A DNA stretch of 64,000 nucleotides, taken from assembly GCF_018977255.1 (NCBI RefSeq), contig NW_024704742.1, positions 98,458,001 through 98,522,000 of the forward strand. Reading direction: 5' to 3'. The position numbers and the translations under genes were made by a program. The DNA is from Callorhinchus milii (Eukaryota). The notes under the pieces are model-generated. The model ran no database searches, was not told the origin of the DNA, and was given only the letters and a program-made list of their open reading frames with translations. Shown here piece after piece: positions 1 through 12,299 of the stretch. How positions within the stretch are numbered: position 1 is the first letter of the stretch; each line of letters starts with the position of its first letter.

Positions 1-349
1 TTTGTTAATATATTTCAATGAGGACGGTAAATGGAAATGAGGGGGAGGTCTGTGTCACATCTGATCTCTGTCATGCCTGATATAGTCGTGTTTGATCTGT
101 CAATGAATGCACAGCGGAACATGCTTCATTTCCCCCCAGTGTTTGAATCCTTGATTCTGCACCAAAATAAAAATGCACCAGTCAATAAGATCTCTTGGGT
201 CTCATAGAGACTTCTTCCCCAATGGACTTAATTCAAATTTTTAAGCAAATGTAAACAAGAAAGTATTTTCATGTTCCCTAGCAATCATATTGAAGGATGT
301 ATTATTATTTTAGTGTGAAAGAAAAATTAGGGACTGTAATACTGGGGGA

Positions 350-602
350 AATTAAACATGTTCCTTATGCATTCATTGACAGATCAAGGGAGTTTCTCCT
401 TGTGTCCTGGTCAACAATCGCTCCAGATAAAATTGATTATTCACTTCATGGCTGTTACTGGGACATTGTTGTGTGCAAATTGGTTGCTTCATTTGCCTAC
501 AAATAAACAAACACTGCAGTTTACAGTAAATGCTGTGACACACTTTGACATGTTTGGATGAGGTGATAAGAAGCTAGAGCAAATGCAAGGTTTATTATTA
601 AT
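350..602 (+). mobile_element. Deu-type SINE, 3' portion (decayed)
   Basis: Contains the recurring body motif TGGGACATTGTTGTGTGCAAATTGGTTGC and tail ...CAAATGCAAGGTTTATTATTA shared with intact copies (e.g. 31561-31904). Confidence 0.7.
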
Positions 603-1837
603 CTTAAATTCAAACTAACACTTATAAAACACATCCATTTATTTTCACTCATTTTGCTAGATTCTACTTCTACTGTTGCCTTTGATTGTATTCTTTTTCA
701 AAGTTCTACTAAACTTTACATGCAGACTTGTTGCTTATGTCCTAAATGAAGGTGATAAGAGAATAGAATGCCCACAGCTAGATCCAAAATAGAAACAGGT
801 CTATTACATTTTGAAAATGTTCCTTTGAGTCTGGTTATGAAACTAATTTGAAGCCAGCACAGATGTCATCTGCGATAAATGTATAAGTTCATTGAAGCTC
901 AGAAACTGATGAGGACTTGTTATACGTGCTGATTCTCAATCCCTAATGACAAGGCCTACCGACACTCCCCGGGTGCCATAATACATCGACTGAATTTTCA
1001 ACTGAAGCAAACTATCCCTTTCAAGGGGCTCTCATAGATTGTATTTCAAAGGTCTCTTTAGCAGGTTAGCTTTCTCCGAAAGGCTCCTGCTTTTATATAA
1101 GAAATGCAATGAAGAAATGTGGAAGTCTCTTATTACTATTGTCAATTCCATTAAGTAGGCTATAAGATAAATATAACATTTTGAAAAGTACATTAAAGAG
1201 CTGAAAATGCACAGCAGAAGTATAAACCAATGCAGTCATTCAATAATGGAAGTAGAATTAATAGCATTGAAAAATGTCCCAAATCAGGTGAAAGTAAACT
1301 GAGCACAGAATATAAAGCTAAAGAGGTGATGCTTATAAGTTATTGATTAGATGGTAGAAATTTGCAGGAGTATGAGAAAAAGGAAAGTAAGTGAGACTGA
1401 ATGTCTCAAAGATCAAATGGCCTTGGACCAAATGGACTGAGTAGCCTTCTTCTATCTGCAAAGTTCTAAATAGCTGCACAACCATTCCATCTTATTATGT
1501 CTTATTACATCTGTTTATGGATTACATCTTCTGTGCCTGAACATTAGAGGAACAACTTTCATTGCACTGTGTTGTTTCACTTCCCACCCCTATATCCTAT
1601 ATCCTCTTCAAGCTGGTTTACCATATTACTGTTAATTTGTATTGAATTGTGGACTATTTTGTGATGTGAAACCACCTTCTGAGGAACAGAGGTGAAAATT
1701 GCAGTGTGTGTGATGTGTTAATTAACATCAGTGGTGCCTATTAACATATATAATTTGAAAAGCAAGCAAATGATAATTAACGCATTAATTCCTGAGTATG
1801 GACTAATTTCTGGATGTGCTGGAGATGCACTAATCTC

Positions 1838-2670
1838 CAACAACAACAACTTGCTTTTGTATAGCAGCTTTTAGGTAAGATAATGTCTCAGAGTGCTTCA
1901 CAAAAATCAGGTCGGATGCCAAGCAAGATGGATGGGAAAGGGAGGCGTTGACCATAAGTGCATTTAAAGGGGTAGGAGAGATCTAGGAGGGATTTAAAGA
2001 CATATAGAGAGAGAGAGAGAGAGAGGATGGAAGAAAGGAAAAGTGTTCCAGAGGTTGCGTAACTCAACAGACTTCTGGCTCATTGGACTATCAGTTAGCA
2101 AGTAAAATATATCTTTCTGACTAAAGAAAAACAAATTTAGATTTATTTAATGCCTTTCATGTTGAGAGGATGTCCCAAGGCCCTGGACACTCCAGAGTTT
2201 GCGCCCAAGGTGGGGGTTGGTGCCAAGCGGGTGGGGGCCAAGCGGATGGGGGGGGCGGGGGAGGGTTGAAGGCAGTCAAGGGTCTTGAGGCACATCTTGA
2301 AGAAGATGAGGGAAGTGGCGAGTTGAAGGGACTTTCAGAGAGCAGGTGAAAATAACAAAAACAACTTGCATTTATATAGTGCCCTCCACATGGGGTAGTC
2401 CTGGAGTGCTATTAGACTGAAAGCTGGATGGTGGGGGCGAGTAGGGTGGGAGATGTGAAGTAGGCCGTCCTCCTGACGTGAAAGGTGCTTTATAAATGGA
2501 ATCTTGTTGTTGTTGTTGTTGTAGGCCAGTACATACTGGCTGAGGGAGTGGGTAAATTTGTAAGGTTTGAGAAGGTCACAGAAGTAGGGTGGGGCAAGAC
2601 TATGGAAGGATTTAAAGGTTAGGACGAGGATCTTGAACTTGATCCACTGGGGGATGGGAGCCAGATTGGG
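1838..2670 (-). mobile_element. Cluster of 5'-truncated L2 LINE 3' ends
   Basis: Repeated CAACAAC-TTGC(A/T)TTT(A/G)TATAG tails on +. Minus-strand ORF 2335-2724 gives the L2 C-terminal peptide PIPQWIKFKILVLTFKSFHSLAPPYFCDLLKPY. A short plus-strand L2 tail ending (TTG)n is embedded at ~2465-2522. Confidence 0.8.
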
Positions 2671-3839
2671 GAAGATTTTCATCTTCCCCTGAAAATGGAA
2701 GGTTAGAAATATAAAGGAAAACAATTACGATCATGTATCAAAAACAGAATGTTGTAGTTTATTGACCCACCACTTTTCAGCATATCCTGTGAAGCTCTCT
2801 GGGAGGTCTCGACGACATGATATCACATTTGACTATATCAAATGCAAGGATTATTATTATACTACCTGGTGCTAACCTTTCATTCTCACTGAGTTCCTGA
2901 TGATGATGAAACATCCAAACTTCCAATGACCTGGCCAACAACCTCAGGTAAAATTGATCATTCACTTCATGGCTGTTTTCTGTAAGCAAATTACCTGCCA
3001 CATTTGCCTACAAATATAGTTACTGCACTTTACAGTAAAAACTTATGAAGCAGTTTCTAACTTTTCGATGTGTTAAGACGTTTGTTCAAATCAAGAATTA
3101 TTATTTATTTTATTATCATTATTTCAGTGCATGTATTGCTTAACATTGTTTCTATTAAACAACGTGTCACACAGCAAAATTTTCAACCCTAGATTCAGTC
3201 TCAAACACATGAGATAAACTTCTGGAGCTGGAGGAATAGAGATGCATTACCAGTTTACAGTGGATTTAAATTGAGGTCCCAAAGGTCAAAGGATCCTTTT
3301 TTAAAATAAAAACAGTGAGTTGCAATGAATTATGATTAGCGTAATAATGTTTAGTTAGTAATGGTGACATTAGAGGAACTAGATTTGTTTCTGTCAGCCC
3401 TGGCAAGTGTCACTCATTTGGAGTGACAATCAACCTATTTTAATACATGTCAGTCCTAAAAAATAAATACAACTCCATATGTTTAAATGGATTTGTAATC
3501 TGTGTCACTCTTGCCAATATAAATGTCACTCATAGTACTTCCCAGGTGCTGATAGCTCTGGTTCTTGAGTTGAACAGTATCACTTAAAATGACCGTATTA
3601 CTAAAGCACTTTAAGTGAATCTCTCCACCAAGATATTGCAAGTAACTGATCACAGCCAGTTCCTCATATGATGCAACCAGCTTTAACAATCAAAAAAATA
3701 CAAAGTGAATATTAAAGTAGATTGTAATAATTCTTCTGTTGTAAATTTTAAAGATTCCTGATGGTGATGTTTACTTTAAGTAGATTCAGTTTAAACCAGT
3801 TAACAGCATTAACCCAGTTGAAGTAAACATATATTTTTT

Positions 3840-4410
3840 AACAACAACAATTTGCATTTGTATAGCGGCCTTCAAAAGTACTCGCCTCGCAAGTGAGACA
3901 CTTGGGTTCGATTCATGGCAGGGTGAAACCTTGGGCAAGTTTCCTTACTCCACATGCCTGATAATAATCCCTCAAGAAAAAAAACAATAATAAATTGGTC
4001 ACTTCAAACCACGATTGTTTGTGGGACACTGCTGTGCACAATTAGCTACCGCGTTTTGCCCACAAATATACAGTCAATTCACTTTACAGCATATTCTGTG
4101 AAGTGCTTTGAGACGTCTAGAAGACGTGAAAAGCGCTATATCACATACAAAGATTATTATTATTATTAAAAGTCGCGGAGTCTGATAACGAGCGAATGGG
4201 AGAAGGGGTGAGGTGACCGTAAGCACAGTCTTCAGGCAGGATTTGAAGGTGGAGAAGGAGGGTGCAAGGTGGAGGGATTGAGGGAGAGAGTTCCAGAGTT
4301 TCGGGGTATAGTGGCTGCAGGCACCACCGATGGTGGAACAAAGGGCACGAGGGACAAATAGGAGGTCGGAGCCAGCGGAGTGGAGGCAGCGGCTGATGGA
4401 GTGGGGAGCA
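3840..4410 (-). mobile_element. L2 LINE 3' fragment interrupted by a SINE
   Basis: Tail at 3840-3873. Peptide STIGGACSHYTPKLWNSLPQSLHLAPSFSTFKSCLKT in ORF 4074-4508. Confidence 0.8.
3880..4167 (+). mobile_element. tRNA-derived SINE (5'-truncated) with AAAAGT TSD
   Basis: Partial tRNA head with B-box GGTTCGATTC, Deu-like body and (ATT)n tail. AAAAGT occurs at 3874-3879 and 4168-4173. Confidence 0.85.
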
Positions 4411-4569
4411 AGCTTATTATTTAAAGGTATTATCATTCTATTAATGTGATGATCTATTCTCTTACATACAACAAGCGTAGCTAACTGTAGTTTTCCATTG
4501 ATGAACATTGTTAAACAGAATTAGAATTTTACAGGGTGACAGAAGTTTTAATTAAAATTCCATTCATAT

Positions 4570-4930
4570 TGATAGAGTGCCTTCATATCGGGAGGACGTC
4601 TTAAATTCTTGGCTCAACATCCAAGCTGGGAATCGGCAGACCATAAAGGTTAGGGAGAGAAAGATCACCAAAAGAACAATCAAGGAGATATACCTTGAAA
4701 TGACTTTGAATGTCAAGAGGGAGGCAGCGAGGAAGGCAGAGTTGTATTGAAGAGAGTGGGGAAACAATGGCTGAAAGGTTGTTTGCCAATAGTGGAGCAG
4801 ATAGGGCTGGGGAGCAGGCCAGTGTTTGCTGAGCAAAGGGAACAGCCGGGTTGGTAGGGTTATAGATGGTCACAGAAGCAGGTTGGAGAGAGAGTGTGTA
4901 GGGATTTAAAGGAAAAAATGAGGAGGTTCA
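4570..4930 (-). mobile_element. Old L2 LINE 3' fragment
   Basis: Purine-rich + strand and degenerate match to the L2 3' end seen elsewhere in the window. Confidence 0.6.
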
Positions 4931-5904
4931 TAAATAAATATAATATACAGTGAATGATTTGAAACATTGACATCCTGTTTCATATAGAAATGTTCCTACA
5001 GTCCTCAAAAGGCTGGAAAACTCAAAAAGGCTCCAGAATACAATGTCATTTTATTTTATAATTTCTTAGATATTTGTGCACTGTTCATGCACTGAGTCTA
5101 AATCATTGCTAAGGCAGATTGGATAACAGTTTTATCTTTCTGATGGCCACTAAGAGTGAGGAGAATTTGGGGTCACTTCAAGCCTGTTCCCAATTGGCAT
5201 AATTCCACAGCAGAATGGAACTATCACAGCTGTAAATGACACCAACTGGGCAGTCTCACTCAGAAGGTTGATTGTTGTGCAAAATATCACACAGTGGGAG
5301 TGAAGCATGCTGCTAGGTTTTTAGCAAAGTGAAGGAACAGTGCAGGGAGAACTGTATTCTACTTAAAAACTGTGCTATACTTGACCTGCAAATAATGCAT
5401 CATGATTGTTGTAGCTGGAGCCCAGACCCTGTACAATCCAGCTGTTTACATGGAGCTGTTACATGGAGACTAGATGCTTGTTAGACACACCCCGAGCTGT
5501 GCTGTGGGAAGAGAGACAAACCATGGAGTATGACTGTACATTAAATATTCTAACAAATTCTTATTTGTCCTAAGGACAGCTTATATTTAATTATTTCCTG
5601 TACTGAGTTTTCAGATTTTTTTTTGTGGGTGCACATGGTGTCATTTGTAAGTATTTCAAAGAGTATTTTTCTGAGGTATTTACTAATTTTGTATTTAGCT
5701 AGCGGTGTAAAATGCAATGATTTTACGTGATGTGATAATTACAATTAGCACATCAGCTCTTATAATGAAACATACATTTTTTTCGCACCATGGAAAAATA
5801 AAAGAAAACAGCATTCAATTCCCCACAGAGACCGGCAAGGAATCTATGTGAGGAACTGCATCACAGTGCATAAGGGTTTAGTCCCAGTTTTATCCAGCAT
5901 GCTT

Positions 5905-6205
5905 CTAGCTTGGCCCCCCATAATATCTGAATGGGTAAATGTACTATAAGGTGTGGTACTGAGTCTTACAGACCAGGAAGATACCAAGTTGTTTCCAAGT
6001 TACTCTGATTTAACCATTGTCAGTTGAGATAGCAAATGATCACTATAATTGGACTCATTGTCCCAAGGCTACAGAGGAGCTAGGGTTCTTGTTCCTAATT
6101 CTTATCTGACAATTCTTCCTGAAGTACACCCATGTGTATGAAAAGTGAAGACAGGATTAGGCTTAATTTTGGCATCCTTCATGGTTAAGTAGCCTGCTGA
6201 TGCTC
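5905..6205 (+). mobile_element. Old SINE-like dispersed repeat (unassigned family)
   Basis: Shares AATTGG(A/C)CTCA..., AGGGTTCTT(G/A)TTCCT and CCTGCT(G/A)A..CTCA motifs with 60640-60880, and reverse-complement similarity with 43375-43510. Confidence 0.5.
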
Positions 6206-8744
6206 AATATAATAATGATAATAAAACCCCCCTCATTTCTACATTTCATATAGTAAAATATATAGTTTTAATTCCTTAGCTCTTTATTGATTTGTTGTCA
6301 TCTTATCTCTTGCCAAGCACTTGTATTACCAATAACAAGTGCAATATGTGTAATAACTGGTACTGGTCCACACATCAGGGAGAAGTTATTCACTATCTTG
6401 TACTGTATATAGGAAATGTGTTTAAATCCTATAAATCCTGCACCAATCTCTGAGAACATAAACAAAGCAAAACCCCATCATCACCAACACAACCATTTGC
6501 TGGGCTCACATTGTTTCCTTTGCTATGGTGGATTTACAAGTGATTTCAGCTAGAAAATACACACATAGGGATTTAAAATGTGGCACTTTGCACAGAGCTA
6601 AACCTCATTTGCACTCCACATCAAAGTACTAAGTCTTTTTAGCAGTGCCCTATATGTCATAACATTTTTCCTGACATATTTAATATCCACTGTACAGCCT
6701 GCAGTGCTGGAGATGGGAATAGGAGTTACAATTTGCAACCAGAAAATTACAGGCTTAGAAGGCAGCCCCACTTGGGCTCAAATCCATGACCTTGTAAGTC
6801 ATTGTCCTTTGTGCTTCCATATTAAAGCACCCAATCCGTGATAATTAAACTGCTTACATCTGTCAATTTATAATGACATCCTGAAAAAAATATACCTTAA
6901 ATATATAAATGTGGGGAATAGGCTGCAAACATTCACCAGAAAGCTGGAAAGCTAACTGAATTGCTTGAATAATAGCAGGTAATGTAAAAGCAAAAATAAT
7001 GTCAGAGCAAATATAACTGATTATTAACTGCAAAACCAACTTCAACTGTAATTGTTAAAGCCACTGAAGTTTGTAGCCTAATATCATCCAATTGTAATAC
7101 ATGCCTTAAATGTAATTTTTTTAAAGATAATTCATTTGAAAGCCGCAACAATAATAAAATAATTGTGAACGCAATAAATCTTATCTGGTAATGTATTAAT
7201 ATCCTTACTTTCAATGTAATAAAGTCTCACTGCAAATATAATGCAGTGGATTTCACTGAAGATCATCTCAGCCAAGATCACGTCCTGTTTAATTCCTATT
7301 TTTCCCAGCATTCTAAGCCATGTGCATAAAGCTTGCAGTGGAGATCATATGAATAAAATTGCTTCATATTTAACCCCATCAGCACTTACCAGAATTGTTT
7401 TACCTTTCAAATGCTAAAGTCTTTTATATAAAAAAGAATTTGTAAATTGTTAATGTGGAACCTGATGGAAAATTGAATGAGAGAAATGTACAAAACCACT
7501 GAACAGTTTTTTCAAATTATAGCATCGAAAATCAATAATGTTATAAGATGATAAATGAAATAGCAAATAATCTAATGGAATTGAATATTGCTCAAGTGTA
7601 ATATGAATAAATTGTCAGCTCACACTCATCTTAGATCAAAGTATAATCTAAACCATGACTGGGGCTCTGCTAAACCACGACTGTCTAGGTCTCTGCTTAT
7701 ACAATAGACATATGTGTTTGTTCAAATATTATATCATCAATGAAATGGATCAGGAGTTCAAATCAAAGCTGTACAACACAATGTTTAGAACTGTAGCTGT
7801 TTACAATTGTCAGAAAATTAGTAAATATCTTACCCAGCAAGCATCATATCGTTAATAGAGAATAAACCAAACATTGCCATTTTACTATATATATGTGTTT
7901 GACTTCTTGAAGACTGCTTTGGTCCTCAAAGGGTTAACAATCTGAGTACTGAATGCCCTAAGCAGCTTTCAGATCGCACATATGTGTTCTGCTTTATAAC
8001 AGCTACAACATAATTTTATCTACGTTTTGAATGCTGAAAGGAAAACAAGATGAAGATATAGAATGACAGAACATTTATTTTTTGTTATTTGGGTGCAGAA
8101 ATGGTACTGTTAAACCAAGTTGTGATATTTAATGTCAAACAGAACAGTTTTCAGTCGATTTCAAATAACAACCTTGTCTTAAAACATTGTGCAAACCAAT
8201 GTGACGTGTTGATTTGGACCAGTCTACATATGCACTGTGCACAATTTAACTCAATTTTAACCAGGTTGAATTGTTTCCCAGTGCAAACTCAACTCTTATG
8301 AACAAACTCAAATAATTTATTGGATACAGTACTATGGTAGACATTTACACCCACCCCCGCCACCCCAACCAGAATAAATGACAGGAAGAAGTAGTTAAGA
8401 ATATCTTCTTTCCATGAGGGGATCAGCTGTATTTTGTCAGTGTAAAATCAACCTCCAGGCCAGAAAAGACAAACTCAAATGGAACATTCAGCAGGTCCAT
8501 CTCCAGCTGGCCCCTACTGTGCTGAATAGGAGTTAACATAATTTTCATCTTTGGATGTCAATTCATGCCTCAAAAGCAACTGAAAACTTCAGGACTGATC
8601 ACATTATAGAGAAGAGACATTCCAATGATTTTATTTCCACATCTTTCTTGTAAGGATATATTAAAATGCTCTGCTGCTTACTGATTTTTGATAGGTCATT
8701 AGATGCAACACTGTTGAGGCAACAGGGAGATGAAGGTCTAAAGG

Positions 8745-9070
8745 GGAAATATCTGGATAACAAGAATGTCAAGAGGTGAAATGTCCAGACCACAGGAATG
8801 TTTGAGGTGAGATGTCTAGATACCAGGAATGGCTCCAGGTGAGATGTCTAGACAGCAGGAATGGCTCCAGGTGAGATGTCTAGACAGCAGGAATTGCTAC
8901 AGGTGAGATGTCGAGACAGCTGGAATTCTAGAGGTGAGATATCTAGACAGGATGAATGGCTCCAGGTGAGATGTCTAGACAGCTGGAATTCTAGAGGTGA
9001 GATATCCAGACAGGATGAATGGCTACAGGTGAGATGTCTAGACGCATGAATGGCTCAAGGTGAGATATCT
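8745..9070 (+). repeat. Minisatellite, 31-32 bp unit AGGTGAGATGTCTAGACAGCAGGAATGGCTCC, about 10 copies
   Basis: Unit starts at 8774, 8805, 8837, 8869, 8901, 8932, 8964, 8995, 9027 and 9058. Confidence 0.95.
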
Positions 9071-10539
9071 CCAAAGGAGGAAGCAAATAGTGGCATGTGA
9101 TTTTCCCTCAGGTTACACTTCAGGACAGTTCTTTGCCTGTAAAGAATGCCTTTGGCTGTTGGTTTGTTCTCAGCTGGAATCCAACTTGCACAATACACAT
9201 AGTTAGAATTCAAACAGAATACATTCAGAAATGAAAGACAGACATGCTTAACTGTACATGTTAGCTGGAACAAGCTCAAGATGTGCAGAATCAGCTTCTA
9301 CAGGACAGGTGGAACACTCCCCTTGTCATAATTCTGGGTATGACTAGTTTTAAAGATATTATATTTCATATCCGCTGTGAATCATAACCTGACCATGTTC
9401 ACAGTTTTATTTCAACGGGAAAACATGCCCACATATATGCACACAGCTTTAATCTTTTGTTAGAATCAAAGCATCTACTGAAGTTCGATGAATTGATCTA
9501 TTTCATATCTTTAACATTGAGTTTATTCAATTAACACAATAAACTCCAGTATTACAGATTCTGTAGCTCGAGCATTTCCTTTTTCAAATCACACTCCAGC
9601 TGGAAGGAAAATGGGGCACCCCAGCTGAAGGTCTAGCCTGATCTCAATGCTTGAAATAGTCTCTTTCCAAGTTCAACCAATCCGATCAAATGGGCCAAAG
9701 AGACTTCTTTATGTGAATCTCTCTTGTCATATTAAATTGCCCACACTGAAAGAGGGAACCTGCAACTTCCTTTGGAATGGAGTCACGTTCTGACATTGAG
9801 TTACAGAAACTTGTACAGTTTGAGAGATTCAGTAATATGTTGAAATAGTGCAACATGCCTTTTACGTATGAAAACAAAAACAGAAAGTCATTCAGTCCAT
9901 TGAGCCTCCTCCACCAATTTATTTGATCTTGGCAGACCTTTTTATAATCTCAATGCTCTAATGCCCTTTTGTCATTCTCCTTATCACTTGGACAAATCAA
10001 TCTCAGACTGATGGAACCTCTTTCTGGATACAAGGGATCTGATAGCAATTAATTTTAAATAATCTTAGTTTAGTTTTGAGTGTACAGGAGAGCTCAGTAT
10101 GAATTTGCTTTTAATTCATTAGCAAATAGCTGTAAATTGGCAATCCCAGAGGCCTTAAGGATGAGTTGTATAGGAAATCAAACTATCAAGCTGTTGAAGC
10201 ACAAAGGTGCCTATATGAAGTTGTGTCAAGCTGTGGGAGTTTTACTCTACATTAAGATCATCAATACCAGTATTGGGCATACTGAATGAAAAGTGGAATT
10301 GATTGCCAAACATTGAATCCCAAAGAGAAAACATACAGTGGTGGTTAATTTGGACATATATACTCACCAGCCCCAACCGCCGACCCCTTCACTCCACCAC
10401 CACCCCTTCAATTCAAAGCAAGTTGAGTAACTAAGCAGAAACGAACTTAGTAGAGAGAATGGGATGTCTCTTGTCTGACCTTTGCTGGAATGGCTACCGT
10501 GAATGAACAAAATAATGTGTCACTGCATACACTATTGAG

Positions 10540-10870
10540 GAAGAGTCTGCACTGCAGGCTGACTACAGGGGGCAAATACTACCCAAGGCAGTGGATTTAC
10601 AGGAATAGGTTGAGCTACCTCCAATTTATTGAGGAACAGGGCCTGAGGTGCCTGTGCTTCACAAGGGAAGCTGTGATGAAACTGTTGGAGCTGGTGCAGA
10701 CTGACATCCAGGGAAGGTCATCAGTGAGAAAAGCATAGCCTTCAGCTATGAAAATAACTATTTTCCCTGAACTTTTATGTGAATAGTTCTTTCCAAGCTC
10801 AAACTGGTGACATTTCAGAATTGAATCAGTAAACTGTCTGCCAATGAAGTGACAAACAATTCTTTTTCCC
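10540..10870 (+). pseudogene. PIF/Harbinger (HARBI1-like) transposase N-terminal relic
   Basis: Translates as YPRQWIYRNRLSYLQFIEEQGLRCLCFTREAVMKLLELVQTDIQ..RKA*PSAMKITI, then after a frameshift SLNFYVNSSFQAQTGDISELNQ. This resembles the Harbinger-type HTH region (RLRF...KVTIALNFYASGSFQ...GD..GISQ). Confidence 0.7.
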
Positions 10871-10889
10871 TATATCACAACTTATGTAG

Positions 10890-12140
10890 TCATTATAAGA
10901 GAAAAACACTATACGTGCAGCAAAACGTCTCAAAATGCTTCACAAGGACAGAGTGGGAGCTCAAGCAGGGTGGGAGATTGGTAGGTGTAAGGAAGGATGT
11001 GATCAAAGTTAGTTGAGTAGGTTTTTAGATGTTTTTTGACAGTGGAGAAGGGGGGTGTGAGGTGGAAGGATTTAGAAATAGAGTTCCAGAGAGTGGAAAC
11101 AAAGTGGCTGAAAGCTTGTCCACTGATGGCGGGGTGGAGGACTTTGGGGACATAGAGCAGACCTGAGTTAAGAAAGCATAGGGAATGGCTAAGAGAGTAG
11201 GACTTTGTGAGATTACAGAGATCGTATGTGACAAGGACAAGGAGGTACAGAATGAGGAAGTTAAAGTCAGCCCACTGGGGAATATAGAGCTAATGACCCA
11301 TATTGAGGATGATGCTGATGAATCTGGTACAGGAAAAGATATGTAGAATGTGGAGTTCTAGTTGATCTGGGAAGCCAGCAAGGAGGTTATTGGAACAATC
11401 AAATCAAGTGTGACAACGGGTTGGATGTGGCTTTTGGCTGCATTGGGGTGAGGATAGGAATAGAGTTAAGTGCTGCTTTGGCAGGCATGGAGAAAAGGAG
11501 ATTGTGTCAAGGACTTGATGACAGGTTTAAAATAGAGGTGATTATACAGTCATTGAATCTTACAGCACAGAAGGAGCCCATTTGTCTGTGCTGGCTCTTT
11601 GAAAGAGCTATACAACTAGTCCCACTCCCTGCTCTTACCCTAAAACACAGCAACATTTTCCTTTTCAGGTACATATTTAGTGATTGTTGAACAAAATGCC
11701 AAAATGTCATACTGACTCCATAAAATGGAGTGAGCAGCTGAAGAAACTGATACAATCTGAGTCAGAGGTGAAGAAGCACTGGCAAAACCAAGTAGAGTGA
11801 TTTCAGTTTTCAACTTTCAATTGAAGGAAGTTATGCCCATCTAGGACTTGACATCTGGCAAGCAACCTGACAAGCAAACACTAGTCCTGGACTCGGGTGG
11901 AGATAACTAACTGGAGTTGGGTGTCACCTCAAATATGTGAAAGTTGACCTCATGTTTGTGTCATGATAGAACCAATAGGGAGATTAGGGGAAAGAGAGGA
12001 CTGAGGACAGAGACCCGAGGATCAATTAAAATAACCATTGCAGAGACAGGAGTAGAATTTGTTAAAGGAGGCACAGGAAAGACGTTGAGATATGTAAGAG
12101 TGAAACTGGGAAATAATTGAGCCATGTAGATACACTAGCA
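10890..12140 (-). mobile_element. Old, highly diverged L2 LINE fragment; a probable CR1 3' UTR piece lies at ~11540-11680
   Basis: G/A-rich + strand, L2-like 3' end near 10900, and a reverse-complement remnant of the YADDTQL region around 11905-11950. Confidence 0.6.
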
Positions 12141-12299
12141 AGGTTAAAAATCTTATAAGTGTGCATCATCGATATGCAAACACTTCGCAGTAAATGAAAT
12201 ATTTTAAATTTGTGTATGTCAGAGGAACAGGGAGGAGGGTCTTAACCTCATTCCCAAAGGTAAATCCATCAATGCATTGTCAGAAGGATGAGCCTTGAC

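Noticed and set aside
3483..3689. 68-aa minus-strand ORF as a possible exon
   Set aside because: No convincing splice-site pair and no recognisable domain.
8774..9070. CRISPR array, or a repeat protein (ORF 8861-9049)
   Set aside because: Units are contiguous homologous repeats with no unique spacers and no cas genes, in a eukaryotic context. The ORF is a by-product of the 63-bp period.
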